From Spongospora subterranea f. sp. subterranea (lineage: Eukaryota), in contig JAUGWO010000038.1 in assembly GCA_049724395.1 (NCBI GenBank), positions 62,001 through 126,000 of the forward strand: a stretch of 64,000 nucleotides of DNA, written 5' to 3'. Positions within the stretch are counted from its first letter, which is position 1; every line of letters starts with the position of its first letter. Below, piece after piece: positions 25,927 to 42,890 of the stretch. The notes beneath the pieces were generated by a model, which was not told where the DNA came from, searched no databases, and was given only the letters and a program-made list of their open reading frames with translations. Made by a program: the position numbers and the translations under genes.

Positions 25927-28900
25927 CTACATCGTTTCTTGTTTCCGAGAGTTTGCCCCTAGGGACAAAATGTTAATTTGTACACGCGCACATGATGGTG
26001 AACGTACTCATCCGCAACAGAACGCCGTACACAACACCGGCGCGATCCTTCGCATCTTGCGATATTCCTGCTTTGGAAATTGACAAAATGCACCGAAGCA
26101 TTTCTTCGTCATCAACAGCACATCGGAGAACAACCTCTAAAACAACAATCAAAGGGGTCGGAGAAAAAGAAAGCGACGGATTGAAGCGCTCACTATGTTG
26201 CAGCATGTTCAAGAACGCTTCCAGACACAGTTTTCTTACAGGAAAGCTGATATCTCCTCGACCAGACATCAACTGATAAAGGCACCCTGAATCCAGTAAA
26301 ACTTGTTGAACCGCACCTGAAACAGGTCGCGATCAATGATAAATTTACCAATGTAGTTTTTTGTCCACGATACCATTTTGACTGAGGCTTGCCAAAGCAG
26401 TTGCGCCTTTCAACCTTTGTGGTGCTGCAGTACTGGAGAGCTGCTCTAAGAGCAACAAGACGCCACCGCATTTACAGAAAGCCATCTGGGCAGGTTCTGT
26501 ATTGCACGATGTCAAAATACAATGGGCTGTGGCAGCATCTGCTTACCGAACTCTGCGATTTCAAGAAGCAATCTACGGGCTATTCGCTTGGCCTTGTCCG
26601 AATATGGCCCTGATACGATCTCCAAAAGAGATTGAACACCTAAGCTTTCCGTAGCGTATAGTTTACATTCCTGTTTGGCCTTGAATAAACGCGACAGTGT
26701 AGTTAAACTGCCCTCGGCGACATCTGCGTCTTGTACAATTGGAGTCCGAAGCGGGTCAATCATTGACGCAACCATCTTGTCCCATGATCCATCCAGTAAA
26801 TAGTGTTCGGTGTTCGACAGCAATGCCGTAAGAGACTGAACGGCAAGCCGATGCGCTGAACGCCTCGTCCGACAGGCGCACCGCAACATCGCATCAACCC
26901 CGCCCATTTTCACAAACTCACGCGTCAACTTCTTGACAATGCAGATGTTTCTGAATAGCCTCGCTGCGCCTTCAAAATTCACTTTTTGCTGTGCAGGGTC
27001 GCTAACCAACGCGCAAACCTTTGCGACGGCGCCCCTGTTCATAACCATAGCCGTGTATTTCAGCGTTTCAGCAATCAACGCTGCACATTGGATTCCTTCA
27101 TTGCGCAGCTCGTCGCATGGATGATCTAACATGCGGAGAACCTTCTCGAATCCGTCTTCTTCTCCGATCATCAACACGTTCAACGTCTCGTCGCTCTGTA
27201 GATATAGCGACAATGCCCGAGCGCCGCTTAGGGCGGTTTCAAAATCATCCCGACTGGCCAGATGCCCGATAGGGGCTAGCATACTCTGTGTGAGATGGCG
27301 CAACGTAGCGTGCCCGCATTGGTCAATCAACGACCGCAGTATTCGCGCGACGCAGCGGCGAGTTTGAAGATGATCGCTGTACGCCAGAGATATAACGACT
27401 GTCAACAAAGAATGTTGAACAAGATGGTCGGCACCGATTCCGGACTGATCAAAGAATTCAGCGATGGCGTAAAGCGATAGCCACTGCACAACTTGATCAC
27501 GATCTCGAAGAAACCTAAGGTACATGCATTGGCCTGCCTGAAAAATGTTCGGAAATGCACTCTTTTATACATACTTTAGCAAATGGTCGACGTATCGCTG
27601 CTTGTACATAGAAGGATGAAGGACGGACCCTTTGACCGTAATGTTGACTAAAGTCAGGAACGCCCAATGCATTGTGGGCAAGTCGCTACTCTTCAATACC
27701 GGACATAACGATCCCGATTCAATGAACTCGTGGTCCCGCTTCTGAAGGCGGAACGAACGATGACTTGTCGTTCTGGCTAATACCAACATAAGCAATCGCA
27801 CTGTATCCATTCGAGCATTGTATGCAGGAGACCCTTTCTTCAACCGTTTGTCCTGGTTTTCCAGAAGAGTTAGATTACAGCTTACCCTACAGACATCGAT
27901 GATATTGCTTGACACAAATTCATCTGATAACGATTGCGTCAAGTTTGCGAGGCAATAAGCTCCTTGCCTTTGACTGAATATCATTCCTGACGATTCGTCG
28001 ATGAAATACTGTAACAGCGGTACGGCTCCAGCATCAAGTAACATCCGTTGTGCTGATGCATTGACGGAAATGTTGGCGATAACCGTAGATGCGTCTAATC
28101 GCAAGCGAAAATCGTAGGGCAGTATTGGATCTGGTTGTAACGGAGGTGGATCGATTGGTAATTCAATTTGGTCCCATGGCTTAGAATCGGTCTCTACGCC
28201 ATGAGCCTTCAGATTTGCCCAATGACGCCATGACGGGGTCAACGGGCCAGTGCCGATCAGAATTAGGAGACATGGGTGAAGCAAGGTATATACTATAAAA
28301 CAAACCCGGATCGGGATCGGATATCACGTCGAGCAACAGGAGAATAACAGGAAGGCTGATAAGACATGATAAGCTAGTTGTGGTCGAGATGTGACGGAAA
28401 ATGGACATGGCCACGTCACGACATCGAACAGCATCGCGAACATACGTATTGGAGCGGTCACTGGGCGGGCGCCACCTCACACAAGTTATCAGAAAACTGG
28501 CCTGATCATCAGTGAGAGGAACTGGATGGTGATCCGGCGCGGCTATGATGTTGTATATAGTTTTGAGACACATCCACTGATACGGTAGCTCTTGATTCCC
28601 CGAAATGGAGCCACCCATACTGAACAAATCGGAAAACGACAGGTACTGATCGTTTCTCCGACATTGACTGATTTGATCCAAACATATTCCAATCAGGGAC
28701 CGAACTTCTTCGCCCACTTTCGACAAGTTACTCAATATCGAAAACCCGTCTGGAAGTTCAGTAAATAGGATTGATTTGGATTTATCCTGCTCTAGATGGC
28801 ACAATGCTATTATAGCTTGGCTTCTGACCCTATCCAACAGGTTATCAACAAACGATATAGCAAAAAAAAGCAATGTTTATACACAGGATGATAGCGGTCG

Positions 28901-31900
28901 CCAGTTAACCGAAGAAGAACAGATACCAAACCGAGCGAGCGAATATCGATAGAAACACTTTCGGATCGAGAAACCGCGCTGAACCGGGATATGTTGGCCA
29001 CAATACCAATCAGGCCGAACAGCTCTTTATCAACTGGAGTATCTTTACAGTGACTAATTGATGTGGAAGAGCACTGAATCCTGTAAAAGGTTATCGACAC
29101 GGATATCGCGATGAGGTAAATTATTCGTACAGGTTTTTCATGATTATGTCGAACGATGCAGACTCAGTAAGAGATGCAAAGCAAGACACGTCACGTGAAT
29201 ATGACGCTATCACCCGAACTGATAGTCTACGAATAATTGGGTCGTCATGGTTGAAGAAATTTAGCACTCTCCCGTATCCTTGTATGGCGGCAAACTGCAC
29301 GTTCCACTCAACGTTATCCGACATTTGCAATATTACAGAGAGGACATGGCGATTCAGAGACACATCGCACTAGTCACAATGAGTACAAGATATCAATGTG
29401 GAACAAAGCGCTGACCTGATCTAGTAAATCAACCAAAACGTTCCTCAAATGATCACCAGCTTCAAGGAATACGACCTTCCCAAGAGGGCACCGAACTATG
29501 TCTTCAATGCTTGTGATGCCTAGAAGATGTACGGGGCTATGCAATGGTCGAGGGCGGGCCAAGCAAAAAGACAGCATTGTCATGACTATCCCTTTACTGA
29601 TCAGCATCGGAACAAGTCGTTGTGTTTCGCAACACGCGCGAAGAACAACAGCAGAATGATATTCGCAATCATCTTGATCATGATCGCGTTTCGCTACTTT
29701 TTCAGCTGCGCTGACTAGACAACTAAGGAAAGATATATTCAGCTTGCGATCGTCTCCATTGAGGTTATGTACAAAAATGCACCTGATTCCCGCATCGTTG
29801 CTCATTAGGAACCAAAAGTCATCACGGCCACCAAGAAAACACAATATTCGTAAGGCAACGCCAGCGACTGGGGGCGACGGTGATGAACACGATTCCCCAT
29901 AGCGAATTACTGACAAGTGTGTGATCATGTTCATGGAGCATGGCGATCCCTTCTGGTAAGGATAGCAGGTTGGACAGGGCCCGGCATGCGTTGTATTGGG
30001 TGTTCGAATCCGGTAATCGCGACTGCAGAATCGACAAGATTCCCATGATTACCTGCTGTCGTAATAAACCCAGACGACACCCTGGATGTTCGCTTAGGTT
30101 AACAAAAACGGCGGCGATGGACTGAAGTTTGCTCCGGTCGTCGCTCTTGCACATAGTCGACATAATGGGAAGGATTCGAGCGCCATCAACAATTTGCTGT
30201 GCGTTGCCTGGAGTGATAGCTAGTCCTGAAACAGCTGATATGACGACAGTCTGAGTCTCCACATCATCGCCTCCAACCATGAGGTCCAGTCGAGATACGT
30301 CCACGTTCTTTTCAAGGAACGCGTGGTTGTCAGGATTCGTACTGAGATTCGCCAGCATTGTTACCATTACAGGCCTCATCTCAGGGTCCTAGTTCCGACA
30401 AAAAATATAGGTTAGCTTGATGAAAGACAAATTCATACTATGACAAACCTCAGAAGATGCAATCTCGAACATTTCTTCCACAACTTTCCCGCATGATGCA
30501 ATCAATGCAGCCTGCAATGTGCGCGCTGAGCTGAACCTTACAACAGCCAAGGTCGCATATTTAGCTAAAATGGGATCAACGTTGGACGATAATGCCAGCT
30601 CTGCTAATTGTCCCATAACATGCATTGCCAGTACTCGGTTGCGTTGTCGCTCTTCTTCCGTCAACACAGCCTCCTCTGGACCTTTGTCTTCTAATTGAAA
30701 CCCCCTATTGCATAAGCCAGTAATTTGTTAACACAAAGGCTCAGGAAATCTGGATTTAAACAGACCGCAGAGAGTTTTCTTTGTCTGTTTTGTCTTCCCT
30801 TTCATGGATCAAATGCGCCATCATCCATACTGCTACCAAAGACGTCTCTGGATAAGGAGAAGACAGGAGATCTTTGTAAATCGAATCGCGGCAGTTCTTA
30901 GCGACTAGACGCTGGGCGTCTAGACGGCATATGACGAAACCAATCGCCAAGGCAGCCATTTGCCGTTTATCTGGGTGCTCGTCTTCTAATAACTGAACTA
31001 GTTCAATCATAGCACCAGAGACTAATCCAGGTTGGGCAGCCGAATTTTTCGCCATCGATACCATCACCTGCGTCACCGAGTTAGGAGCATTCAGCAAATG
31101 CTTTGAAAATTGTAATACTTTCAGAACATCGAGCTGGACCGTCTGTTCTGGATGTGTCATAAGGTAAACCAAAGTGGGAACTAGTTCCTGATTGGAGCAG
31201 GCAGAGGCAACTTCTCCAATTAGACAAGCGTATGACATGAATTGGCATAATTGGCGCGTGGACGACGCATCCCGTCGCTTATAATCGAGTCCTTCATCCT
31301 TCAGGAACTGAACCACGCCGCCGTTGATAAAGGCTCGACCGTTGCGTGGAACCTCGGCCAGACAATGCAATGCTTGAATAGCGAACACCTTCGTGGGCGT
31401 GTCTAGAAACCTTGCCACGCGTAAGATTGTCTGAACAACCAAATTTGATCCAAACATATGCGTTTCCCGAAGATGATAGCACATATTCATCAGAAATAGG
31501 GCAAGACCACGAAGGATCACCACATCACCAGTATCTATTAGAACTGGCAATTTCCTGAACACAAACGAAGCTGGATCTAGCAAATCTTGCCCTGTAGAAT
31601 TTCACTCAGCTTGTGAAGCGCAAGTCTGAGCATTACCCTCGCTTACTATTGCATTCATGATACGACATATTCGCAATGGCATACGCACAGAATCGGCATT
31701 CTTCCAGATCCGCTTGTGGATCGTCAGCTAGATCGATCAAATGCTTAACAAGATTGACCCGTGACAACGGTAATGGAGTCTCTTCCATGGACGTGAAATT
31801 CCCAATACAGAGCAGCGCATATTTGCGCCAATGTTGAGAACGGGAAACCAAAAGGCGTGCGAATACGCCGAGTGCATTGCGGTCGGAAATTTTTCGGCGC

Positions 31901-34553
31901 AGAAGCAAAAGCCCAGAAGAAAACCGGGTTAGAACATGGAGAGCTAGCGGAAACGAATGATCCTATTGCCAACGTAGTTATCAATGACGGTATTACAACA
32001 GCGGGTTAGATGAAGACCTGCCGGACGATGCTTTCAAATATTCGGTTAACGAGCGAAGTAGATAGGACCGCTACTTGAACCGCAGGTAAATGTGCGATGT
32101 TCAATAGAAACTCCATTCCTTTACGAGCAATGCGATCGAATGGCTCGGAAACAAAATGCTCAATCAGATCAAGCCATTCTTGCCACGGAACTAGGTTAAC
32201 CACCTGAGCAAATCGTGTTTGTGCTAATTTCAAATACTAGCCACTTTACTAAACCTCTTGGCTGCGTGTCAGGTTGGAAAGAATTGCTGCCACCAAATAA
32301 TGATATGATTCGGAGCACCACAAACGAGAAACAGTCTTCAAGCCACTATAACACGTGCTAGTAATCAGTACGCGAACCTGCTCAGACATTGATAAACGAG
32401 ACATGCAATCGAATCAATGCCCATTTCCCAACCTTATCGTCTTCGCGGACCATCCCAACAAGAATGGCCAGAGCACATTTGATGATGCTGACGTTTGTCG
32501 ACTCAAACAAACCGCAAACAGCAGCAAGAACATTTGGGTGGGAGAAATATTTCCGAATATCCTAAAGGGGAAAGTGTTAAAATCTTGACAAAGGGCGTCA
32601 TTAACTGATACCTTGTCTTCGGTGGATAGCAAATTGCATAACATTTTCCCAAAATAAACTAGGGTCTATCAGGCACTAAGGTTAGAAAAATTAATGACAG
32701 ATGATTCTCCATTATTCGACCTGATCATGCTCTGCCGACGTAACTAAAGATAATACAGGACCTTCATACTTGTTTTTCAACAAGGATAAAATCTGAACAT
32801 GAGTACTTGGGTCTGAAGCAATATTCGCCAATGCTACTAAGGCATAATCCCGTATTTTCAACGAAAATATTGATTGATCGACGAGAATTCGGAATAAACT
32901 TGGGATGGTCAACGTCGCGCTCAATAATGCTTGGTAGCGAGGTTCGCGAGTTAAAAATGCTGCGGCTTCGGTTGATGGAGGAAGACAATCTGTGTTATCA
33001 CTTTGAAGGCCGATCGATATCGCTTCAATAGCACGATTCCTGACAAGACGCTCGTAGAATCGTGGATGATGCGCCAGATTAGCAATGAAACCTAGAGCGG
33101 CTAATCGACATTCGACATACTCGCATAGAAAAAACGATTGAAGAACAATCTCTATTCTGAGAAAACATTAACGAGTAGTCCCTTAGATATGTCATTATGG
33201 TGTACCCTTTCAGGTTAACGATGCACGTTAGCTTGTCAGCGTATGATGATAGAATATGCACAATACGGGCCACTGAAACCATACAGTCGACCACGTGCGA
33301 CATCGAACCAAGGACCATAATTGTCAGTAACAAATCATCTTGTAGAAGATACTTATGCGACTCGATAGCCAAAACAAAGTTCTGCAGGATAATAGCAACA
33401 TTGCCCAGCAGCCGCGCTTCCTCCTGATAACGATCATAAAAAAATATAGCTCGTGTTGGTAACGGAATTTACCGGGTCGCCAGTGCATTTCTCGACAATC
33501 GATACGATAATGTTGAATATTTTTCGCTCCATCAAGTACGTTTTGGCGTGATCACTGTCGCTGACTAACGCTAGGAAGTCAGCAGCTTTGGTCCGGCATT
33601 CAATGGACTGTGTCGTAGCCAACATAATCGCAACAGTCACTCGAACAGCAGGAAGAAGATTGGCGCGGAACCTGGGCGTTGTTGCTAAGTTTCGGCATAT
33701 ACCAATTGCGCTAGCCTTTCAACAAACAAAAACCTCAATACGGGCAGATTTCCATCACCACCTTGTACACTGACTCTGTAGGATGGATGAGGTGGACGCT
33801 CCATCATATGCACGATTTCGAGCAGAAACCCCATGATGAATCGATGGCAATCGACGTCGATGCTCATGTTCTCACACGCCATGATGCAATACCGTTGCGC
33901 GTCTGTATCCCAATCCTTCCGCTTCACATCCAGCACCAACGCTCGTGGTAATACGTACTCTATGGCGCGAACCTCACTCAGATGAGGTAGCGTCTCCGCG
34001 CGTAACGCTAGCAACTGCATGGCTAGCGAGCCGAACCGCTGACACACCTGTACATACTGGCCAGTCAGCGTCCCATGTGTTGTTACATTACGTTGGAGTC
34101 GATCCGAACCGGGTCCCTGTCAGTGATCAGAGCGACAATGGCGCGGAACCCGGCATGGTTCTCCATCGAGACGATCTGCTCCCATGCGTTCTCCACCGGC
34201 GATACGTCGCTCGTGTACGTTGCGAAACTATAGGCACATTGGCGCCTCTGGTAGATGGTCGATCGCTTTTGGAGCGACGTGAGCAATGACGAGAACGGGA
34301 GTTGACAGACACCAGGATATTGGCCTAGATGGGATTCTGCATCTCCGGTGAGCAGAACATTGGAGTCCCAGTACGTTCCATGTGGTCTGGTGGTTGCTTC
34401 AGCGTTAAATGCAGATAATCCAGTATTTCTAGATTTGTGTGGATTATCAAGACGAACTGACGAAATTCTTGACAGGGAGTTTTTCGTCCGTCCGCCCAAT
34501 GCTGACTTATCACCTGACGAACTGTTGCCAGACATCAAATCCAATGGAACCAC
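25927..34553 (-). CDS. Very large armadillo-repeat protein (Vac8-like), many short introns
   Basis: Continuous chain of minus-strand ORF segments with ARM helices (RFCAYAIANMS, YALVALANIASDP, NACRALSNLL, QRQGAYCLANLT, ASTVIANISVN), separated by short GT-AG introns. Could be more than one gene. Confidence 0.8.
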
Positions 34554-34751
34554 CTAATCTGTCAGGGATGATCTGGATAAGTACAGTCAGGCGATCTATA
34601 CTTGAAATGCAACAAATGATGTAGCAATGCAGATGAGTACTAATATTCGTGAAGGAAATCCTCTCATCCGCACCTTGAAGGTGAAGGGTATGTATATTTT
34701 ATGATTGATAAGGTATCCGTCACAAAAGCCACCGAAAATTTTTCCGTTTGA

Positions 34752-36546
<1,795 letters not shown>

Positions 36547-39453
36547 TACAGCGTAGGAGAGAGCAAAGTCGGGCGCAAATCACGAAACCAATACCTAAGT
36601 GATAGCCCGCAGTCTAACACGGCCACCCGGCACCGCTCCTCACTCACACCCTGCCTGTGGGCGTCGCTAATGCTGACTCAGCATTGATTGCTACATAACG
36701 AAGGACATTGATAGCCAAAAACGGCAACAAATTTTCAGTCGTCTTGGGTGCTCGCATACCGAATCATCGTGAGCCCATCAGCGATATTGTGGTTACGGGC
36801 ACCGAACGAGATGGCAAATGATTCCATCGACAGTCTATAGGATGCAGTAACAATCGGTAACAATAACTCCATCCACAGCTCCACAGTGGCAGTATATGGC
36901 GTCATATGGGTGGCGTAATACGTTTCAGTTGCCCTTCAGCAAGTGTAGGTTCATTATGAGTCAACGACTGTGTTTGAAACATGATCTGAGCCGGTGTAAC
37001 ACTTTCCTGGTTTCGTTTGTCGTCAAGGGAAATAAACTCCATCTCAAAAATGTATCGCCATCGATTTCCAATTTTTTGTTTCCAATTTCGAAGGGTGGGA
37101 ACGCAGGCATCCATCGAACGTTTCGGAAGCGACATCACAGATTTATCGAGTTCGCCTCCTTACTTACGTTGGCCTTTGTGAGTTCTCACATATTTCGTGC
37201 AGTTGGATGGGATATGAGATATGAGAGGCGGGGGGCAACCGAAAATATGGTTTGCTGATCAGCGACAGTCGTTGCATTACAGATGGCGCCACATCTCTGG
37301 CTGCTCCTGGACTTGACACAGGTGTGTATCTGCAGCAAAGGCGCACGCAAGGAAGAGTCAACATTGCAATGATGCCAGTCGAATGGGCCGGCGATCAACC
37401 TCTTTCGCCTGGCCCATCAATGCACGTTAAAATGCGCTACTGACTGGTTTTCAATTCAAGAAGCGGATGTTCTCTCCGGTAATTTAGCTGCTTTTTGTCA
37501 GCTCGGGCATGTATAATGCATAATGTGCATATTTGCATTTGTTTGTGGGCTTCTTGTAGAGTTCGATATCGCGTTGATCAAAAGCTCAAAATCGTTCCCC
37601 CATTGAATACAGCTATGTCCAAGAAGTTCACCCCTGAGCCGAATCGTTCTACATTAAAGTCTAGTATTTTTGAATGAATTTTTCATTTTGGGACGATTTT
37701 TTTTTAGAGCGGTTAAAACTATAATCGATCAAACAGATGTCACGACGTTATCGGCGATATAGTAAAGGCCTATCTTCAATAGTTAGTCGACTGTTAAAGA
37801 TCCCTGCTTCTCATGCTGCTGCGTCTGCATTGGTGTGTTCCCGACCATTGCTGCACCTTATCTGGTGGTACCAGTTTTCTTGGAATTCAAAGGAACGTGT
37901 TTGTCAGTACCCAGTGCAGGAGATCGACCCCGATGATGTTGATTTTCCCTTTGAGAAGGAACTTTCAGATACAGTTTCAATAGGAAACCCAATCCGTTGA
38001 TCGGTGTGTAGAGTGCGGTGACGTCGACTATTGCCAATTGAATACAGTTTTTGATTATCGAATCGGGTCCCCTCTAATTCTTTGATCAAATTGGAACCAA
38101 TCAGCAATGACCGAGTCTGAACTTGGCAACCATCGGGTGAAGCTGATTGTGAACCCATTTGGCGACACATGTTGTACATACCACTTGCGGAGACGAGATG
38201 ATGAGGCGAATATTATTTCGATAGATGTTTTTATGGGTTCTTCGGCGTCGTGTAGGATTGGAAAAATCCCTCATTTTCCGACTCAGGAAAAGCGAATTTC
38301 ACTTGGCTTTCCTCCACGTGATATCAATCACACAAATTCCCGACAGATCAGAATATGATCGTATCTTCTGTAGGAACTGAATCAACCTGGCGACAGAGGT
38401 TTCCTTCGCCCCAGTGATTATGCACTTCGTTGATACCGCTGTGGTTTCAGCAGATGCCGTTGTTCGGACAGGGGTTCAGATTCAGAAATATTGACTGGCC
38501 CAACAACGAGTTTTTGGTGACAGGGAGGGGATTTCCCTCATTTCGATTGTTTTGTCGAGCGAATATGCGCAATGCCATTGCTTGGTCGATGTCTCACCTT
38601 CAAAGATGAATTTAGGATCAGAATTCAACATTGAGTTGGGACAGAATTATTGTCAGTTTGCGCCATTCTTGGTCGATCGGACGTCGGTTCACACGCTCGT
38701 AGGTTGCGGCTGGGGGACACCAAGGGCACGTCATTATTCGATAAGATTCCACGACGATCAAGCAGGAAGGTCATGATGATAATGACGACCCTCCACCGGT
38801 TTGCCATGGGCCGCGTACGCAGCGAGTGAAAGCGAGGGCCCGATGGCGAAGACGGCGACACTGGCGAGGCTACAGCAACAGGCAGCGTTGGAACGGAACC
38901 TTGAAGATCATCGAGGTGTCGACAATACCTCCCAGGACCTCTCATGATGGGGACGCACCTTGGCCAAAGCTACAAATATCCCCAGAATCTGAGACCCAGG
39001 TCGACCAACGTGCAGCTGATGGGACACCACTCCGCCTTCGAACGGGAGCTGTGGCAGTCGCCCCAGCCTGATCTCCAACAACAACAACAAACAAAGGTGA
39101 CAGGAGGTCGTTCAGTCTCACGACACGATTTCCAAACACAAACGACAGACGAGGGGGTGGGCGCAATGCATGAATTGCTTATTCCGATCTCGATCAAGAG
39201 CGACTTGCTCCTTGGAATTCGGCCCGCGCCGCGTTCCCGTTCAGTGTTGTCAGACCAACTCGTGCCAATTGTGATCGGTCGTCGATATCACGATAAAACC
39301 GTTCAGAACCGCATAAAAGCATTTTGTTCATGGTGTTCGGTGCCGGTGGTGGTCTCGGCGCCGTCGGCGCACTGGCAACTGCGCCCCGGCCGGCCGGCCG
39401 GCGTCCGATAGGTAGTCGTCCCCCAGTTAGAAAATCGCATCCCAAACAGGGAG

Positions 39454-41169
39454 ATGCGATCCACGATCATTGCGCTGGGCTCCAATGTCGGCAATCGTCT
39501 CGACAACATAAAACGGGCGCTGTCGGCGATCAAGGCGTTGCCCACGACCCGGATCACAGACACGTCGTTCGTGTATGAAACGGATTCGTGGCCGGCAGGG
39601 ACGCGACAGGCCAAGTTCCTGAATTCCGCTTGCCGAGTGGACACGCTGCTTCCCAGCCAGGATCTGCTCTATTGTTTGCAGAGGATCGAACAGCAGATTG
39701 GTCGCCGGCCGAGCCATGAACGATGGCATGTAATTCGGGCCATTGGACTTGGGCTCGCATCTGAACTGTTTTGCACTCTTAGGGGGCCACGAGAGATCGA
39801 CCTCGACATTATCGCCAGGTAAGAGAGAGACAATACCTCATGCAATGACCAACAACCCCGATCTGACCCTGGCGAAAGCGGCAGTTTAGAGATGCGAACT
39901 GACAGGCTGGTCTTACCTCATCCATTGGCCCATCGGCGAGAGTTCGTTTTACGACCGTTGGCCGATATCGATTCCCGGCTGCGGCTCCCTGGTCAGGATC
40001 GGTCCGTCTCCGACCTCCTTGGCGATTTCCCACCGTCCGGAATCGCTCGCGTCGTTCCTGTCGGCGGCAGTGTTTGGCGATTGGGATCGCGAACATATGT
40101 CATGGGGATTGTAACTGACCGGTTCCCGCGCGCCAACGATGCCGATGTTGAATCAGTGGATTCAGGTCAACGTGACGCCCGATTCATTCAGCGATGGGGG
40201 CCTGTTCAGCACAACTGAACTCGCTGCTCAAGCTGCAATCATCCAATGGAATTCCGGCGCCGATATCGTCGACATTGGAGGTATGAGCCCCACATGCGCC
40301 AAAAAAAAACCTCAGTCGTTAACCGAAACAAAGGCCAATCGACGCGACCCGGAGCCGATATGGTCTCCGTTGACGAAGAGCTGTCTCGTGTTATACCTGT
40401 CATCAAGAAACTTCGCTTGTTGTCGCCGCTCACGTTGATATCCGTCGACACATTCCACGCTCTCGTTGCGCGTCGTGCGGTTGAGGCTGGAGCGCACATG
40501 GTATCATCCCCGCCGATGCGTTATAGGTTCCAGTGTCGGTCGTGTTGACATCTCCTAGGTCAACGACGTTTCTGGTGGCACGGCCGACCCGATGATGATC
40601 GAGACGATATCGCGTCTGGAAGTCCCGTTTGTGTGTATGCACATGAGGGGCGATCCCAAGACCATGTCGTCGCTGAACACGTACGCGGATTTGCACCAAG
40701 AGATCACCGACGAACTTAATGGGCGGGTGAACGCCTGCCTGAACGCCGGTCATCAGTCCCATCCTGTGTCGGCAACAGTTCGTCTGATTCCTTGGTCCCA
40801 GGTGTGTATCGCCACAATGTCATCGCAGATCCCGGTGTAGGGTTCTCCAAGAATTCCATGCAGAACGTCAAGTTGCTCGCCAGGCGACCTGACTGGGTTT
40901 GGCCGTCGTTGATCGGGCCATCGCGGAAAAGGTTCCTCGGTGAAATTACCGGTAAATTAAACCCCCGGGATCGCGATTTTGGAACGGCGGCGGCGTTGGC
41001 CGCATCGATCGCCGCTGGCTATGATATTGTTCGGGTCCACAACGTCCCCGCTGCCGTTGACGTTTGTCGCGTTGCTGATTCCGTGTGGAGGCGTTTGGAC
41101 CCGCCGTTGCCCAGAAGCGTCGCCGACCTGTCCGGTAGAAATGCGGTCGCGTTGAACCCGGATGTCTAG
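39454..41169 (+). CDS. Bifunctional HPPK-dihydropteroate synthase (folate biosynthesis)
   Basis: HPPK motifs IALGSNVG, FLNSA, GPREIDLDI and LPHP..RREFVLRPL. DHPS motifs MGI(V)NVTPDSFSDGG, DIGG.STRPG, SVDT, NDVSGG, MHMRG, DPGVGF, GPSRKRF and RVHNV. Spliced. Confidence 0.95.
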
Positions 41170-41364
41170 CGGATATCTGTTCAGAGTATGATGGAAGACA
41201 ACACTCTGCTGAAATACACGTATTTATTGAGGTTGACACACACACCACGAAATCGAGATTGATCGTTTCCTGCCTCAGCTCCATCGCTTCAATCGTTGCC
41301 AATACTGGACAGTTTTTTCTGAAAAAAGCAGAGGGGAATTGCCGGCGCTGAACAAGCGGTTCGT

Positions 41365-42890
41365 TCAATCCTGTTTACATATCGACTGGATGGGCAACGG
41401 ATACGATGCCTTCTGTGGGCCGTCTTTCACAATCTGTCTCGATTTGATCCTACGCGAGCCATCGTGATCCCGACCCCCTCCATAGCTCGCCATCGTTTCC
41501 GTGATCGCATCGAACCTGATGGGCGTCCTGTCCGAAGGGGTCGTCGACCTGGCCGCATGGTCAGATCGCTCCAATGCCAGCTCCACGAAGTCATGCTGAT
41601 AGGACGAGATGCCTTCGAACCTCAGCGGCGTGCCGACTGCTGGAGCAACGCCCGAGAGCCTTCCCGCACCGGGAACAGCGTCCGCTTCCGCCGGATACGG
41701 TTTGTAATCCGACCTCGACGTCGATTCGGCATTGAACGGCAGAGGAACCCGCTCGTATTTGCTGTACATCATCCGGTCGTTATTCCAATCCGGCAATTCA
41801 AATTGCACATAATTCGCTCGGCTTTCACTGGTTCCATCGAACGGCAGCAGCTTGGTTTGCGGATCGTCCCGATCCAGTTGCCCTGCTTGCGGCGCCGGCC
41901 CAGGCACTCGGTTGTTCGGCAGAGCACAGGGCGGGTAATCCGACCGACTGGTGGAGTTGCCCTCGAATTCAGGCCCAGGTTGGTCAACGGCCGACGGCGC
42001 CGGGGCCCTGTGGGATGGCGGATGGGCCTGATAACTGGCTCGCGATTCCGATGTGCCCTGGAACGGGATCACCGGGTCCGCGTCCTCAAACGGATCGGCA
42101 CCTGACGCCGGGGCGCGACCGGCATCCTGCTCATGACGGACGAAGTTCGCCCGCGATTCACTGATGCAGTCGAATACCGACGATCGGTCGGATATGGCGT
42201 ACTGGCCCTGGTCGATGGTGGTTATAGGTCGGCGTTCGGGCGCCGGCGCGTCGCGCGGGTGATAATTCTCTCGGGTCTCGGTTGTTCCCTCGAACGGGAG
42301 CGGTGGACTTGGGTCGTCGGTGTCAAACGTCCCCACCCACCTCGACGGATACGCCCCGGTGGGAATCGGGGCGAAATCCTTGGAGTACGACGTCCTTCCA
42401 TCGAACACGCCATGCGAGATGAGCTGGTCGATGTGCGCGTCTTGCTCTAGCTGAGGTCGTGGCTGGGTTCGAAACTGACTGAACGAGGCGGGCGGCGGCG
42501 GGCGAAACTCGGCCCGCGATGTGGTCTGGGTAGCTGTAAACGGCAAAACCATCCTGGTATGGTGGCGAACTGCCGTCTGAGGGCGCACAACCTCCTTGAA
42601 CCGGTATTCGTCGTGATGTGTGGATCGCCAATCGGCCGCCTGATCCTGGCTGTGCGGGTTGACGTGATTGGGGATCGGCGACGCCCTTCGTTGCGCCAAC
42701 GACGACGCCGGTCGCACAGCCGGGGGATATGCACGATAATCACGAGATATGGGCACACCAGCGAACGGCAGACTCAACCTGGGTTTCGCTGCTGGAACCG
42801 CCTCGTAGCCCGTCAGTTTCTGAGGCCGATACTCGTCACGATAGGATGAACACGCGCTGAAATCGGATCGCGCTGCTCTGCCCAGTCCAT
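41365..42890 (-). CDS. SAXO/FAM154-like axonemal microtubule-stabilising protein; 5' end uncertain
   Basis: About 12 repeats of PF(E/D)GxSxx(R/Q)x(D/N)(Y/F), for example PFEGTTETRENY, PFQGTSESRASY, FEGNSTSRSDY and FEGISSYQHDF. These are typical Mn modules. Confidence 0.8.

Noticed and set aside
29860..29915. Frameshift in the ARM-repeat gene
   Set aside because: A 43-nt GTAATT...CAG intron restores the frame.
37400..37720. piggyBac-like end (...GAGCGGTTAA) in an AT-rich intergenic tract
   Set aside because: No matching opposite TIR was found in the window.
41464..42450. Long + strand ORFs opposite SAXO, and similar antisense ORFs opposite POR and coilin
   Set aside because: These are shadow ORFs caused by codon bias on the real coding strand; they contain no motifs.
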